Origin: Raillietiella orientalis
Taxonomy: Eukaryota
Direction: 5' to 3'
DNA: 64,000 nt
Assembly: GCA_036172245.1 (NCBI GenBank)
Contig: JAYWIR010000040.1
Coordinates: forward strand, 806,001 to 870,000
The translations under genes were made by a program, and so were the position numbers. Below are positions 31,161 through 42,600 of the stretch, piece by piece. The notes below the pieces were generated by a model that worked only from the letters and a program-made list of their open reading frames with translations, was not told where the DNA came from and did not search any database. The stretch's first letter is position 1. Every line of letters begins with the position of its first letter.

Positions 31161-34100
31161 CTCCAAGCGGATTGCCGCCGCCCGCTGGCAAGGGAGGGGC
31201 GAGCAGCCGACGGAGGAGCCTCCCGCGCGGGCCGTTCCTCCCTCAGGGTGCGCCCGAACGTGCGAGGCTCCTTCTCCTTCCCCCCCCCCTTGCCTTCTCA
31301 CCCTGCCGGAGGGCATTCGAGGTTCTCCCACCCTCCGTGCCCGTCGCCGGGAGCTTTCGCCGGCAAAGGAGAGACACGGGACGAGGGCGCGGCGTCGGAA
31401 TCGCTCGAGGGCGTGCCACGCCGCTGTCGCCGCCCCTCGCAGGACGAGTTCCCGCTCGCGGAGGTTTGGGGCGGCCGCCACCTCCCGGCGCCGTGACGCT
31501 ACTCTCCTCCTTTCCCGGAGGGCTGGGGGGAGAGCAAAATGCGGAAGGAGCCCGAAGCGGAAGGGCTTTATCTCGGCCCCTCCAAGGCACTGGCCGGGAG
31601 AGGGCGGTCACGGAGGTGGCAGCAGAGACCTGCGTCCCGGTAGCCGGCTGTCCCTGCGAAACTTCCGCGGAGGGGACGAGCGGGAAGTGAGGGAGGAAGA
31701 GGAGCGGGAGGAATTTGCCTGGATCGTTCCAGGAAGGCGCGCGCGTCCCTTCTGCTGCGGAAAGGACAGCGGGATCTGCTGACTGGATGAACCGCTCCCT
31801 TTTCCTCCCTCCGCGTCCTCTTCCCGCGTCACCCGTTCCGTTCTCTCCTGCCCTCGCTCGCTGATGCCGACGGCGCGATCCTCCCCTCCTCCAGGAGAAG
31901 GGAAGCCACGGGGGCGGAAATCGATACTGGGCGCGCTCGGTTTCCCTGGAAACCTTCCGGCGCCGCCTAATCCCGCGGCCCCTGGTCTCTTCCGGAAGCG
32001 GAGTGCGCGCGCGCGCACATGTGCGAGCCCTCCGTTTCCAGGAAACGCTCCCCTCCCGCGAAACATCAATCAAGGGGTGACAGCCCGGGACGAGCGGGGC
32101 TCGGCTTTCGCCGCCGGGCGGAAGGCGAGGCCTGGAGCGACCGGACCTTCGCCCGCTCGGAGTGTCCGAAGGACTGGAGAACGCGCGCGGAAGCTAAAAA
32201 TAGACTTTCGATCACTCCTCCCGTGGAGGCGAACGCCACGTCCGACAGAGGCGACGGTCGTCTAGATGGGGGACAGGGGTGGGGAAACGTCACCTCCTCC
32301 CTCCTGGAGCGCGCGCGCGCGCCCCGGCGAGAGCACCGCCCCTTGGGCTGGGAACGCCCTCTGAGCGGTCACTTTTGGAGTGTCCAGCCGCGCTCCGGGA
32401 GCCCCTCCTGAGGACTGTGGCTTGCCGCTCTCTCTTCGCGGATGCGGCTCTCCCGAGAGGGCAAGGCGGTTGCGCTGGAAAAGGGCGATCCCGGAGGGAG
32501 CGGGTCGAGCGCGCGCTCCTCCGGGAGATGGTGGAGCCGGGAATGCTCCCGGCGACGGCAGCGGCGGCAGCTGTGAAAACAGCCTGCGCCTGCTGCTCTG
32601 GAGAGGGAGGACACGTCTCCGCGGCAACGCCCCCGGAAGTCCTGGAGAGGCGGCTTCTTCGCAGCGCACAAGTCTCTTCACAGAGAAGGACGTCCCTCTC
32701 CGGGGCCTGGCGGGCGATGCAGAGGGATGCCAGAGCCTTCCCTTCCCTCCCGCTCTCAGGTGCTCCCGGATGGCCGCTTCCTTCCCGATCGGGGAGCGAG
32801 CGGTTGGTCCCTCTCCCCCTCTCCGTGCTCCCGTCCTCTCGTAGGGCCGGGTCGAGGGACGATTCATCCCCCATCCGACGACCCTCGGAGGGCATCGTGA
32901 TGGTGGCGCCCGATGCGCGCCCCTACCCTCACCACGACGCGCCACTGTCGCTTCCGTCCCCTGGCCGGAGCCGACCTGTTGCTGGAGCCAGAGCTTCCTT
33001 CCTCGAGGTCTTCTCGACCGGCGCCCCTTGTTGTTTCAGGAAGAGGGGGTGGAGCTTCTGCGACTTGGCGCCTGCTTCGGAAAGCATTCCTCCCCCCCCC
33101 TTCCCTCTCCCCGATGCAGCATCTTCCTGTCAGAGACCCCCCAGCCTGCTGGATCGCCTCGACGCCTGCGAGCGGACTTTCCCGAAGGAGCGGAGGGTTC
33201 CTGGGATCCACGCCCACCAACCTTCCCGAGGGCTGGCGTGCCACCGTCGCGCCTCCCTGGATGGTGCGGCCTCTGAGAGAGCCACGAGGGGCGAGTCAGA
33301 CTGCACTCTGTTCCCAGCGCGCTCTCCCCGAAGACAACTCTTTGAAAGGGCCGAGCTGGAGCGGAGGAAAGAGAAACGATCCGGGGCCGGCTGGGGAGGG
33401 TGCCTGTCGCATGATCCCCCTTGGACCGCGGGATCGGCTGTGGGGAGCAGCGCTGACCGCAGGGCCCGCTCGACCCTTCCGGAAACGGCTGTCCCCCTCA
33501 GGGGGATAAGAAGAAGGGAAGGGGAAAGAAGGACGTGGCTCATAGCGGAACGACTCCATCTCTCACTCTTCCTCAGCTGCCGGTGGTCCCGTGGGAGCTG
33601 TTTGTTGCCTCCCAACTCCGTGACCTCTGTCAGCGACCTGTCCGCCTCCTTCGTCCTCGTGCGCAGCGCATTATTCCCCCCCCTTCTCCGATGCAATATC
33701 TTCCTGCCAGCGGCTCCCCCAGCCGCCCGGACTGCCTCTGGCTACCCGACGCGTTTCACTCGGCTCCTCTCGAGAGAGCGCCCAAGGTCGAGGGATGGAG
33801 GGAGACTAGCAAAACCGGAAGGGACGAGAACGAAGGAGGAACCGGGGGACGGGGTGTAACATGCTGCCCTCTCTGCCCAAAACAGGAAACACCCCACCGG
33901 GGAGGTGAGGGGCGTATCCCCTTGGCCTAGTCCTTCCCTCCCCAGGAAGGAATCCCCGCCGCCTCGCCGAGCGGCAGCAACCCTTTGACCTGTCCTTGAA
34001 GCGCCCTCCCTTGGCGCCCGGCACTCACGTCCAAGCACCCCAGGACTTTCCATTTGGGTCTCCGTCTTGCCTTCCCCGCGGCCCGTCACTCAGTCCTCCT

Positions 34101-37100
34101 TCCCCACTGCCCCCTTCTGTATCCCCTCTGCAGGAGGCTCCAGGACAACAAAGGTCACCGCGGTGGCCCATGCGAGACGTGGGGGAAGGGAAACGCTCGG
34201 ACGGAGTTTCCTTTTGCTCCTGTAACGGGTAGGGAAGGTGACTGTGGTGCCCTCCTTCCAGGAACAAGGGGGTGGCCAGGAAGGAAAGCGGCACCCCAAG
34301 GGTAGTGCGACGACGAGGACTCTCCGTGGCCTTTTCTCCTGCTCTCCCTTTCTCTCGGAGGTCCCCTCCCCCAGTGGGCCAGGAAGAGGGTTCCATGGTC
34401 CCTCTTGACTCTCCCCTCCCTCCCCCTCACGAAAAGTCCCCTTGATCCGCACTCCCGCGGGAACGCTGCTCCTAGGGAGGCGCGGGCAGCTGACGAGAGG
34501 ACAGTTTGCCTGCGGGAGTGGCTCTGCCACCCTCGGGGCATGGCTTAGGGCTTCAAGGAGGCGCTCGCCCGAGCGAGAAGGAAGGCGAAGGGGCGGCAAC
34601 AGGGAAAGACGGCAAGGGCAGAGTACCTGAGAGTGCCCGAGACTCTTAGCAAGCCCCTGAAGGGTCATCGCAAAGTCAAGAGGGGGGGGGGGGGACAGCA
34701 GTCCAACTTCCGTCTCCCTCGTGCGCGCGAACCAGAGGGTAATTTGCCTTTCGGGAAGATTCCTTCCAAGCTAGAGAAAAAAAGGGGGAACACTGGTGGC
34801 GGGACGAAAAGGGCAAGAGACTCTTTGGAGACTTCTCGACCCCTCCGGGGACTCTTTGGCGGACAGGGTGATCTCGTCCTCCTTACGAAGGGGGGCGCGG
34901 AGGGATAGAGAAGAGGAGGAGGAGGGAAGAAAGGCGAACGAGCTCGTCTCCCGCTTCCCACTTCCGGAAACCAGGGACTTCTCCTCTGGAAGAGGATAGC
35001 GAGGCACTTTCTCCTCCTATCCCGAAGGGTAGTTGGTTGTCTTCCCTTGCATTCCGCGTTGCCCGTCCAAAGATCCAGCAGGTCCACCAATCCTAGGGCA
35101 GGACGCGTAGGGCAAAGGAGAGAACCGGGAGGGAATTCATCCCCCGGGAGCTCCCTCGAGGAACGAGGATATACCGGAGGCAATCCCAGGGACAGAGGCA
35201 GGACCGTCTGGGGATATGGGGTGATCAGGTAGCCCGGAGTGTCGTGGGGCAGCTCGGAAAAGGCCGTAGATCTCAGCTCCTTCCTTAGGCGAAAGGATTG
35301 CCGGCAGTGGAAGGCCCCCCCAGGCACATCGAGGGAGTGGATCCTGTGAGGGAGGCAGGGACTCGAGAGGTGCTTTTTCGGGGAGAAGCGCGAGGGATGG
35401 AGAGGGGCGGACGGCGTTCCTTTTCATCCGGAGCTGCTCCTGTGGTTATTCCTGAAGGGAATGGAGGAGGGAGAGGGGGCAGGATCACTTCGGGTTGGCG
35501 GGGATTCCTTGCATTTCCCGTTGGCAGGACCCTTCGAGTTACCAACCCCTGCCCATCCCGACCGCGCCCCCGTGAGGAAGGAACTCCCAGATCCCCCAGA
35601 TTCTTCCTGTTTCCTCCGGGATGCGGCTAGGGAAAAGTGCGCGCGGCTCTCCCTCCCGTCCTCACCTCCGCCCGCTTTCGCCTGGCTCTCCCGCTGCCAG
35701 CCCCGAGGGAGACAGCCGCGGGCGGCACTCATCGGAACCACTGCGCGTACGGTTGACATGGAAACCTACTCTCCCGGCGGAAGTTTCCGCGAGGAGACGC
35801 TGCTCCGCTTGCAGGCTCAGCGCCTTCGCGCGGGGTGGGGGGGTAAGGGAAAAAGGGAAAGAAAGGAAGCGGCGGCTCGCGTTGCCCAATGAGAGCGAGC
35901 GGCGAGCCGCGTAGCGGGGAGAGCGCGCGGTAGTCGCGCTGCCTGGAGGCGGTGGAGGCGGCGAGCAAGCACCGGATGACCCACTGCCGGCGGACGAATC
36001 GTCTCGCAGTCGCCCGCGTCCTTTCTCGCAGCCTCCTGACCGCTCTCCGAGAAGGTGGGTGGACACACGGAGCAGGAAGGGCGGAAGGGGATGCGAGGAA
36101 ATAGGAAGAGGTGGAAATAGGCATGGAGCGACGTGGTGGCGGGGTGGCAACTTCTGCCGATACTCTCTCCTCTTCCCCTTCCACCTCCTCCTCCTTCTTG
36201 TTCCCGCTCGGCGCCACTGGGCAGAGTTCCTCGCTTCTGCCCTCCGGGGAACTGGCTCTGAAGGAGGGGGAGGGGGAGAAACAGCTTCCAGTCTTCCTCC
36301 GCCGCCGCCGCCACCACTGTTGCTGTGGGTCATCGCCGCGCGCGCGGACATGCCGCGAGCAGGAGAGGCCGAGTGACCCACTTGGGCAGGGTGCTTGTGG
36401 AGCAGTGCGGCGGGGGAAACGGAGCGCCTCTCCCCTCCCTCTCCCCTTCTTCTGCCTTCCCCGCGCTCCGTGCGTGAGAAGGGATGGCTGCGCACCGGTC
36501 GGCGTGCGAGGAGTGGCCGTCGCGCGTGAGGCTCCCCTTGGAGCACCGGAGCGGGTCGCCGGACTCTCGGCCCAGCCCTGTCCGGCGTTCCCGCAGGGCC
36601 GATTCGTCCCACCCACGCACTCACCCGCCCCTTTCCTCCGACGGGCTCGCAGGAGGACAGGTGGAGATAGGAAGGAAGGAGGCTGGGAGGGAGGGATGCG
36701 TGTCACCATCACCCGGCTCCTTCTCTTCCTCCGCGAGGTGACCCCACCCTCCTCTGACTCTGTCTCGTCTCTCCTGCGGCTCTCAGGCGACCTCCGGAAG
36801 AACGGAGCGCCCTCCTCATGAGACATCCCACTTCCGGGCCTACTCCCCGATCTCCCCTGCAGCTCCCGCCGAGTGGGAGACGAGGGGTCGGAAGGAGACG
36901 AGCCGACCTTCCCCCCGCTCCTCTCCGCAGGGAAAGGGCACTGAGGACACTGTTGCCTGGCAACGCAGAGGCGGCGAGAGTGCGAACCTTCCCCCCTCTT
37001 CCCTGAGGAGAGGGGAAGATATGGGATTTTTCCTCCCTGAGCTTCCTCCGAGGCGAAAAGAAGGGGTTGGGTAGGGTGGTCGAGGAGGGGTGGTCGCCTG

Positions 37101-39265
37101 AGAGGGAGTGGAACTCCCCCGTCCTGGTCGCCGCCGAACGCGCTTCCTGGAACCTCGGCAGCCCTCGTTCCAGATGTGGGGAGGACAGGCTCTGTTCAGA
37201 TGACGGTTGTTGCGCGTGACCGCAGCCGGCGGCCCCCCGTCTTCCCCTCCGTGGCGCACTTCCTGAGGGGCAAGTGAAAAGGAGGAATCAGAAGGGTATG
37301 CCCTCTCGTAGGAGGGCAAGAGAGCCGCACGGCGTCCACGTGCGGGCAATCGTCTCATCATGGCGGCGAGCCCATGGGTTGGCCATTGGGCTTCCTGTTT
37401 CGTCCATCTTTTTTTCTCTGTCTCTCCCTCTCCCGTCCTTACCCACCCTTGCATTCCTCTCTTCCGCTACTTTCTCCCATGTGCGTCTGAAAGGCAGGAA
37501 ACCAACATGGCGTCGTCGGCTTCCCTTCCTCCTTCCCTTCCTTCTTATCCGACGGAAAACGTTCCTTCGGGAACGCCGGAACCACGGCTAGAGCAGGGAA
37601 AGGCAAACGAAAGGGTGATGAGAGAGGGGAGGAGAGGGAGGGGGAAGGAGACGAGGGCTGGAGAGACGGGGAGGAGATGCCCACTGGGCATCTTCCGGAG
37701 ACAGCTGGAGTCTCCTGGAAACGCCTCACGCAGACGGCCCGCGCCGGCGGCACCACCATCATCCCGCCCCTGCCGCTCTCGCTTCCTTCCTCCTCATTCT
37801 TTCTCCTTCCCCTTTTGCGCGCGAGCGCGCGCGCCCTCCGGGCAAGCAGGCAACGCCTCCCTCCCAGGGGCATCCAACGGCCTGCTGTTTGCTCGTGAGC
37901 GCTTCCGAGTAAACACAGACGTTCGGAAACGGGCGACGGGGGCAGAGAAAGGGGATGGGGCGAGCTCGGTCCTTTCCCTTCGCTTTCCCCTAGTATCCTT
38001 AACCAGTTCCCCTTTCCCTCTCCGCTCATCTTCGGTCCACCGATTGCATGGATCAGGGAGGAGGGGGGAGCATGAGCGCGCAGCGAAGGGTGGGCGGTGA
38101 CGGAGACCCCTCAAGATCACCCTGCCTTGAAAGACCGAGGAGCGCATCTCATTCTGTCCCTCTTCTCCTCTGTTTTAGGCTCTTTTCTTTCTTTCGTGGG
38201 ACGCGACGGGGAACGCAGTGAAGAGTCAAAAGGGAAGCGCCTGGGATGAGGAGACGGGTCGCGTGGGTGTCCTCAATAAAAAGCTTCTCCCTCGAGGGAC
38301 GGGAGGAGAGGAAGGCGAGGAGGGTTTGGGGAGAGATTTTCCTGCGGGATACCCGACTCAGAGAGGAGATTTCCCGCTTCTCTTTGGATGAACACTTTCC
38401 TAACTCCTGGCCCCTCTTTTGCCGTTCCTCCTTTCCTTCCTTCCCGCATCCTAAGCAAAGAGCTGCATCCTGGCAGACCGATGATGGCGCTTGCCTCTGA
38501 GGCATGGTTAGGTCACCCCAGACGACCTATTCCCTTCCCTCTATCCCCCCCCCCTTTCTCCTCCGAGCGCTTCCGCGATCACCACTTGGCAGCACACTGG
38601 TTTGCCTTACGCCGGCATCTCCAGAGACGAATTTTTCTGTGTGCCAATCACCTCAATGACAGCTGCAGACACGCCCGTGCCCCGTCCACCCCTTTGGATT
38701 TGGGAAAACGAATCCAAAGGGGCGTGTGCTTTAAGTCCCTTAAACATTTTCCGATGTTCAGGCAGACCTCGAGTTCCTCCCTCTTTTATCGGAGAGAAGT
38801 TCTTCCCGTTTTATCTTTTTTCCTTTTTTGTACAGCTGGAATCTCATTTCTTCCCTCCGGGAGTGTCGGTAAAAGAGCCCTTTCGTCCGTCCATGTCTCT
38901 GTAAGTTCCGCCTTCCTTGCTCCCGAACCGTTGGCTGAATCAAGCGAGTGAGCGTGGAGTTATCCATGGGAACCATCTGGAAAACGGAGGTGAACCGCCA
39001 AGGGAGAGAGAGAGAGAGCAAACACACATACACACACACCCAAAGAACTCTGCAAACTGGGAACGCTACTGGCGTCACTCAGAGATTTTTGGCCCGGTTC
39101 CCTGGAATCCAGCTCTCCGAGGAGGGAAATCGGGAAAGCCGCATTCCCAAGAACAGAGGGAAAGGATGGTATGTCCTGTGTACACGGAGTCCTCACGACC
39201 GACGGTGACGCGCGAATCTCGAAACATCATTCTCTGTTGCTGAGAGAAGTCCGGGAGCAGGAGAA

Positions 39266-39397
39266 TCGCGCGGCAACGTCTGATTGTTGGACCCAGCCCA
39301 AGGACGGGCTCGTCGCGCGGCAACATCTGATTGTTGGACCCAGCCCAAGGACGGGCTCGTCGCGCGGCAACGTCTGATTGTTGGACCCAGCCCAAGG
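39266..39397. repeat. 47-bp tandem repeat, about 2.8 copies (TCGCGCGGCAACGTCTGATTGTTGGACCCAGCCCAAGGACGGGCTCG)
   Basis: Units at 39266-39312, 39313-39359 (one G>A) and 39360-39397 (partial). Confidence 0.95.
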
Positions 39398-39430
39398 GAC
39401 GAACGCATCAAGAAGTTTCTTACACGGTCA

Positions 39431-42400
39431 CGCCGGGACGTTTATTGACATAAACTAGCTGGAAACGGTGGTTTCCAGCCAACGACTACGAAAACCAACA
39501 ACGGAGATACACCACTGGCACGCAGGCCAGGAAAACGGAAGAACATGAACGAATGGGGAGGAGGGGACTACAAACAAAAAAGAAAAGTGTAAATGGGAGG
39601 AATGGGCCAGGGAACTATGGTGACGCTCCGCAGTTACCGGGAAAATCAAAGAGCACTACGGTGGGTAAATTGGGAGGAAGGGCGCGAGAACAAAAATGAG
39701 GGTAGATCACGGGGTTCGTCGTTCGAAACCGTTGTTCATCCGGCGATGGATGCCGGTTAGCTCCTTCGTTGCGTTTTCACTCAAGTGTCGCCACCCAGCA
39801 GCCTCACTGATGAAGTCGGCTGCCTTCCTGGTGACACAGCATCGCTGACCAGTGTTCTCCAGCACGTCTCGGAGCGTGACGATGGCGCGGATGCAACCAA
39901 CTGTGGAAATCATTGAAAGTCCTTGCTCTTAGAAGAACCGTCGCAGCACTTCACGGGCGGTGTCCCCCGGTGGCAGGAGTGCTGCTGCCAACCTCCGGCA
40001 GAGTTCCTGGAGGGCACCGCAGTCCAAAACAAGGTGCGGGAACGACTCCGGCGCCCCGCACCGGGCACAATAGGGAGAAGTCAACCCACCGGAAACTCGG
40101 TGCCGCTGCTCGTTATGGCGCAAGCCCCAGTGCAAGAAGAGCAAGACGTCTTGCTTCCATGCAAGGGGAAACATCGAACCGTCCAAACAGCAGAGAGGGA
40201 CTATCAGTTCTTGGGGGGCAACACCAAGAGCTTCTCACTCCTTGTTGTAGCACGAGGAGTGGCGGCATCCGCCAGCTCGCTCGTATCCCATTCGCCGACG
40301 AGCTTCGTTCTTCCCGCGATGGTGCAGGAGAACTTCCACCTTGCCGGTTGGCTACTGTCTTCTCGAACCTCGAGGGCAGACAGTGCTTCGGCGAGGGGCG
40401 TGGCGGCCAGGGAGGAAAACTTCACCTCGTCCTGCTTCACATCTTGGAGTGGCCAAGGTTGGAATGGACGCAGGGGGCGAAGATCTTGGCGGCATCAAGA
40501 AGTGATTCCGTGACGCATGAGCATGCGGGGGTACACCTCAAATCTGCTCCTGATCACTCCAGCAGCGAGGTCCCGCGCGAGCAGGCAAGCTCCCTGAAAC
40601 GTGCAAGGACCGAAGAGATAAGGAAGAAAGAAGTCAAAGTGGATACACGCATCAGGGACGAGCCTGAGGGCGGAGTGCAAGCTTGCCGCAACTGGCAACC
40701 CACGGAACGCCTTTCACCGATTCCTCTGCCCTCTGGATAAGAAGCAGCATCCGAACCAAAATCTCGTTGCCGATGAGCGATGACAGATTGTGAGACGAGG
40801 GCTCGAAAATCCTCTCGAAAGATGGCAGCATTTCTCATCCTTGGGATCGGATACTTGGCGCGAAGCTATCGCGCGCTTCTGGCTTTGTTCTTTCTTTCTT
40901 TTTTTTTTCTTCCGAAAGCAGATCCACAATGATTCTCTTTCCTGCCTCTGCTGCTGTTCACATGATGACAAAAAAGTTTCGTTTTTAGACTAGCATCCAG
41001 GAATCCAGATGCTGGAGGTTTGGAGGCTGCTAGCTCTGTTGCACCTGAGCGTGCATTTTTGTGCGGGGGTCCCATCTACAAGTGACATCATCTTGCACGC
41101 TCATGACTGCTGCTTAATTCTGTCGAGAATTTTTTGCCTCGACGGCTCATCTCCCAAGCGCTCGCGCGCGCTTCTCAACGCTCTTCGTCCTGCCTGGGAA
41201 CGAACCTGAATCGAGCAGAAGTCTCCTTGGTCAGCGTCCTCCTTTTATCTGTACCATAGGAGATTCTTGTGGAGTCAGTAAAGCACTCTTGCGAGTGTTT
41301 TCGTCTCTACACCGTGACCATAAAGGATGCCTTCTCTCTTGGAAAGTGGCAGCGGTCCCTCGTCCTTGGTGCCAGAATCATTCAAGTTTTTAACGCACGG
41401 TGCACGTGTCTACACGAGATTATTCTTGGGACTTTTGGAGCGTCTTGCAACCACGTACCTGTTTCTGTAACAACGGAGGGCCCAATGCGCAAGCGTGTCG
41501 AGGAAGGAGGCCGAGACAAACCGGCTGGTCGGCGATGCGGGAGGCGTCTCTCAAAACCCCCGCGGTCTCATCAGCTTTGGGAGGAGAGATCGGGCGTTCC
41601 TCCAGTGGGTTCGGGTGATCGACCGACCCCAGCGCCACGACCACAGACGCCGATGCCCTCTTTTCTTCTGCAAGCTACCGTCATGCTATTGCTTTGCGCG
41701 AAGACAGTCTAACTGAATACCGAGTGAAAAGGACCAGCGTCCACCACCACCACCCACACGTGGCCCCTTCACGGGCTGCATTCCGCGTGCCTTCCGGTCG
41801 CTGCCGGTGGAGCCGGAAGCAGCGAGTCCAGGGAGTCCATTTATCCAGCATTCGTGCGCCCTCTCGCTTTCATCTCGACGCCAGCGCCAGCGCTCCGAAA
41901 TCACGACTTTTCGCCACTCTGGGCTTCACGTGGCGCAGCTGGGAGCGTTCCGATAAATCACGCGCAGGCGTTGACTCCAGCACGGTGCGCAACCGAACAC
42001 GACGAGGTGGCGATGGCGCATTTCCAGATTGGCTCCCCGAGCAGCATTCACCACCCTCCCCCCCAGCTCGGCCGCCTCCGAGCAGAGCATCTGTCGGACA
42101 CACACTTCCCAGCACCCGTGCACGCGACGGGATGCCCGACGAACTTCGCCGCTCTCCCGTTTCGAATCCCGGGGGACGGCGAGCTTGATTTAAAACTGCC
42201 AGTGATAGGAAAAGGGGACTCCCGACGGCGGAAGCTGATCCGGAAAGCTAGCTGCTTCCCACGGTGGATCCCTGCTCCTTCCTTCAGTCCCATTTTCTTC
42301 TCCCCCTCCCTCATCCTCCGCGCCCCCTTCCTGGCACCTCGGGAGATGGGCGGGCGGTTTCTCCGCCGCGACTCCCCGTCGCCACGAACGGCGCGCCGCC

Positions 42401-42600
42401 ACCGGCGGCGCGGCCACCGTGCTGGAGGCGCTCACGACGATCTTGGAGCCCGAAAAAGGTTCGCCGCTTGATGCCGCCACGCGCGAACTTGATGTGGTCC
42501 TCCGCTCTTCCCCCCTTCTCCGTCTTTCTCTCTCTCTCTCTCTCTCTCTCCCTGACTTTTTTCCTCCCTTGTCTCATGCGAGAGTCGTGATCTCTCCGTG
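39431..42600 (-). mobile_element. L1/Tx1-clade non-LTR retrotransposon ORF2 pseudogene (APE endonuclease, RT, zf-RVT) with 3' UTR; best-preserved copy in the window
   Basis: Collinear minus-strand relicts: GLQDRRERLQH (LxDxWR..HP, about 42440), PFSYH (SDH, 42202-42216), RPISPPKAD (RPISLLNxD, about 41590), QDAPK (about 41430), QGD (41221-41229), VQDDVT (YADD, 41081-41098), ASGFLDASLKTK (about 40995), LWICF (LGI, about 40920), and PYCARCGAPESFPHLVLDC (zf-RVT, about 40050). T-rich 3' UTR; AATAAA(-) at 39441-39446. Confidence 0.8.
42527..42550. repeat. (TC)12 microsatellite
   Basis: Read directly from the sequence. Confidence 0.85.

Noticed and set aside
32279..33859. 526-aa ORF
   Set aside because: No recognisable domain or codon bias, and overlapping ORFs in many frames indicate a GC artefact or TE debris.
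39266..39397. Possible CRISPR array
   Set aside because: The units are contiguous with no unique spacers, there are no cas genes, and the context is eukaryotic.
39431..42600. Active or domesticated reverse transcriptase
   Set aside because: Multiple stops and frameshifts, and altered catalytic motifs (SDH to SYH, YADD to VQDD).
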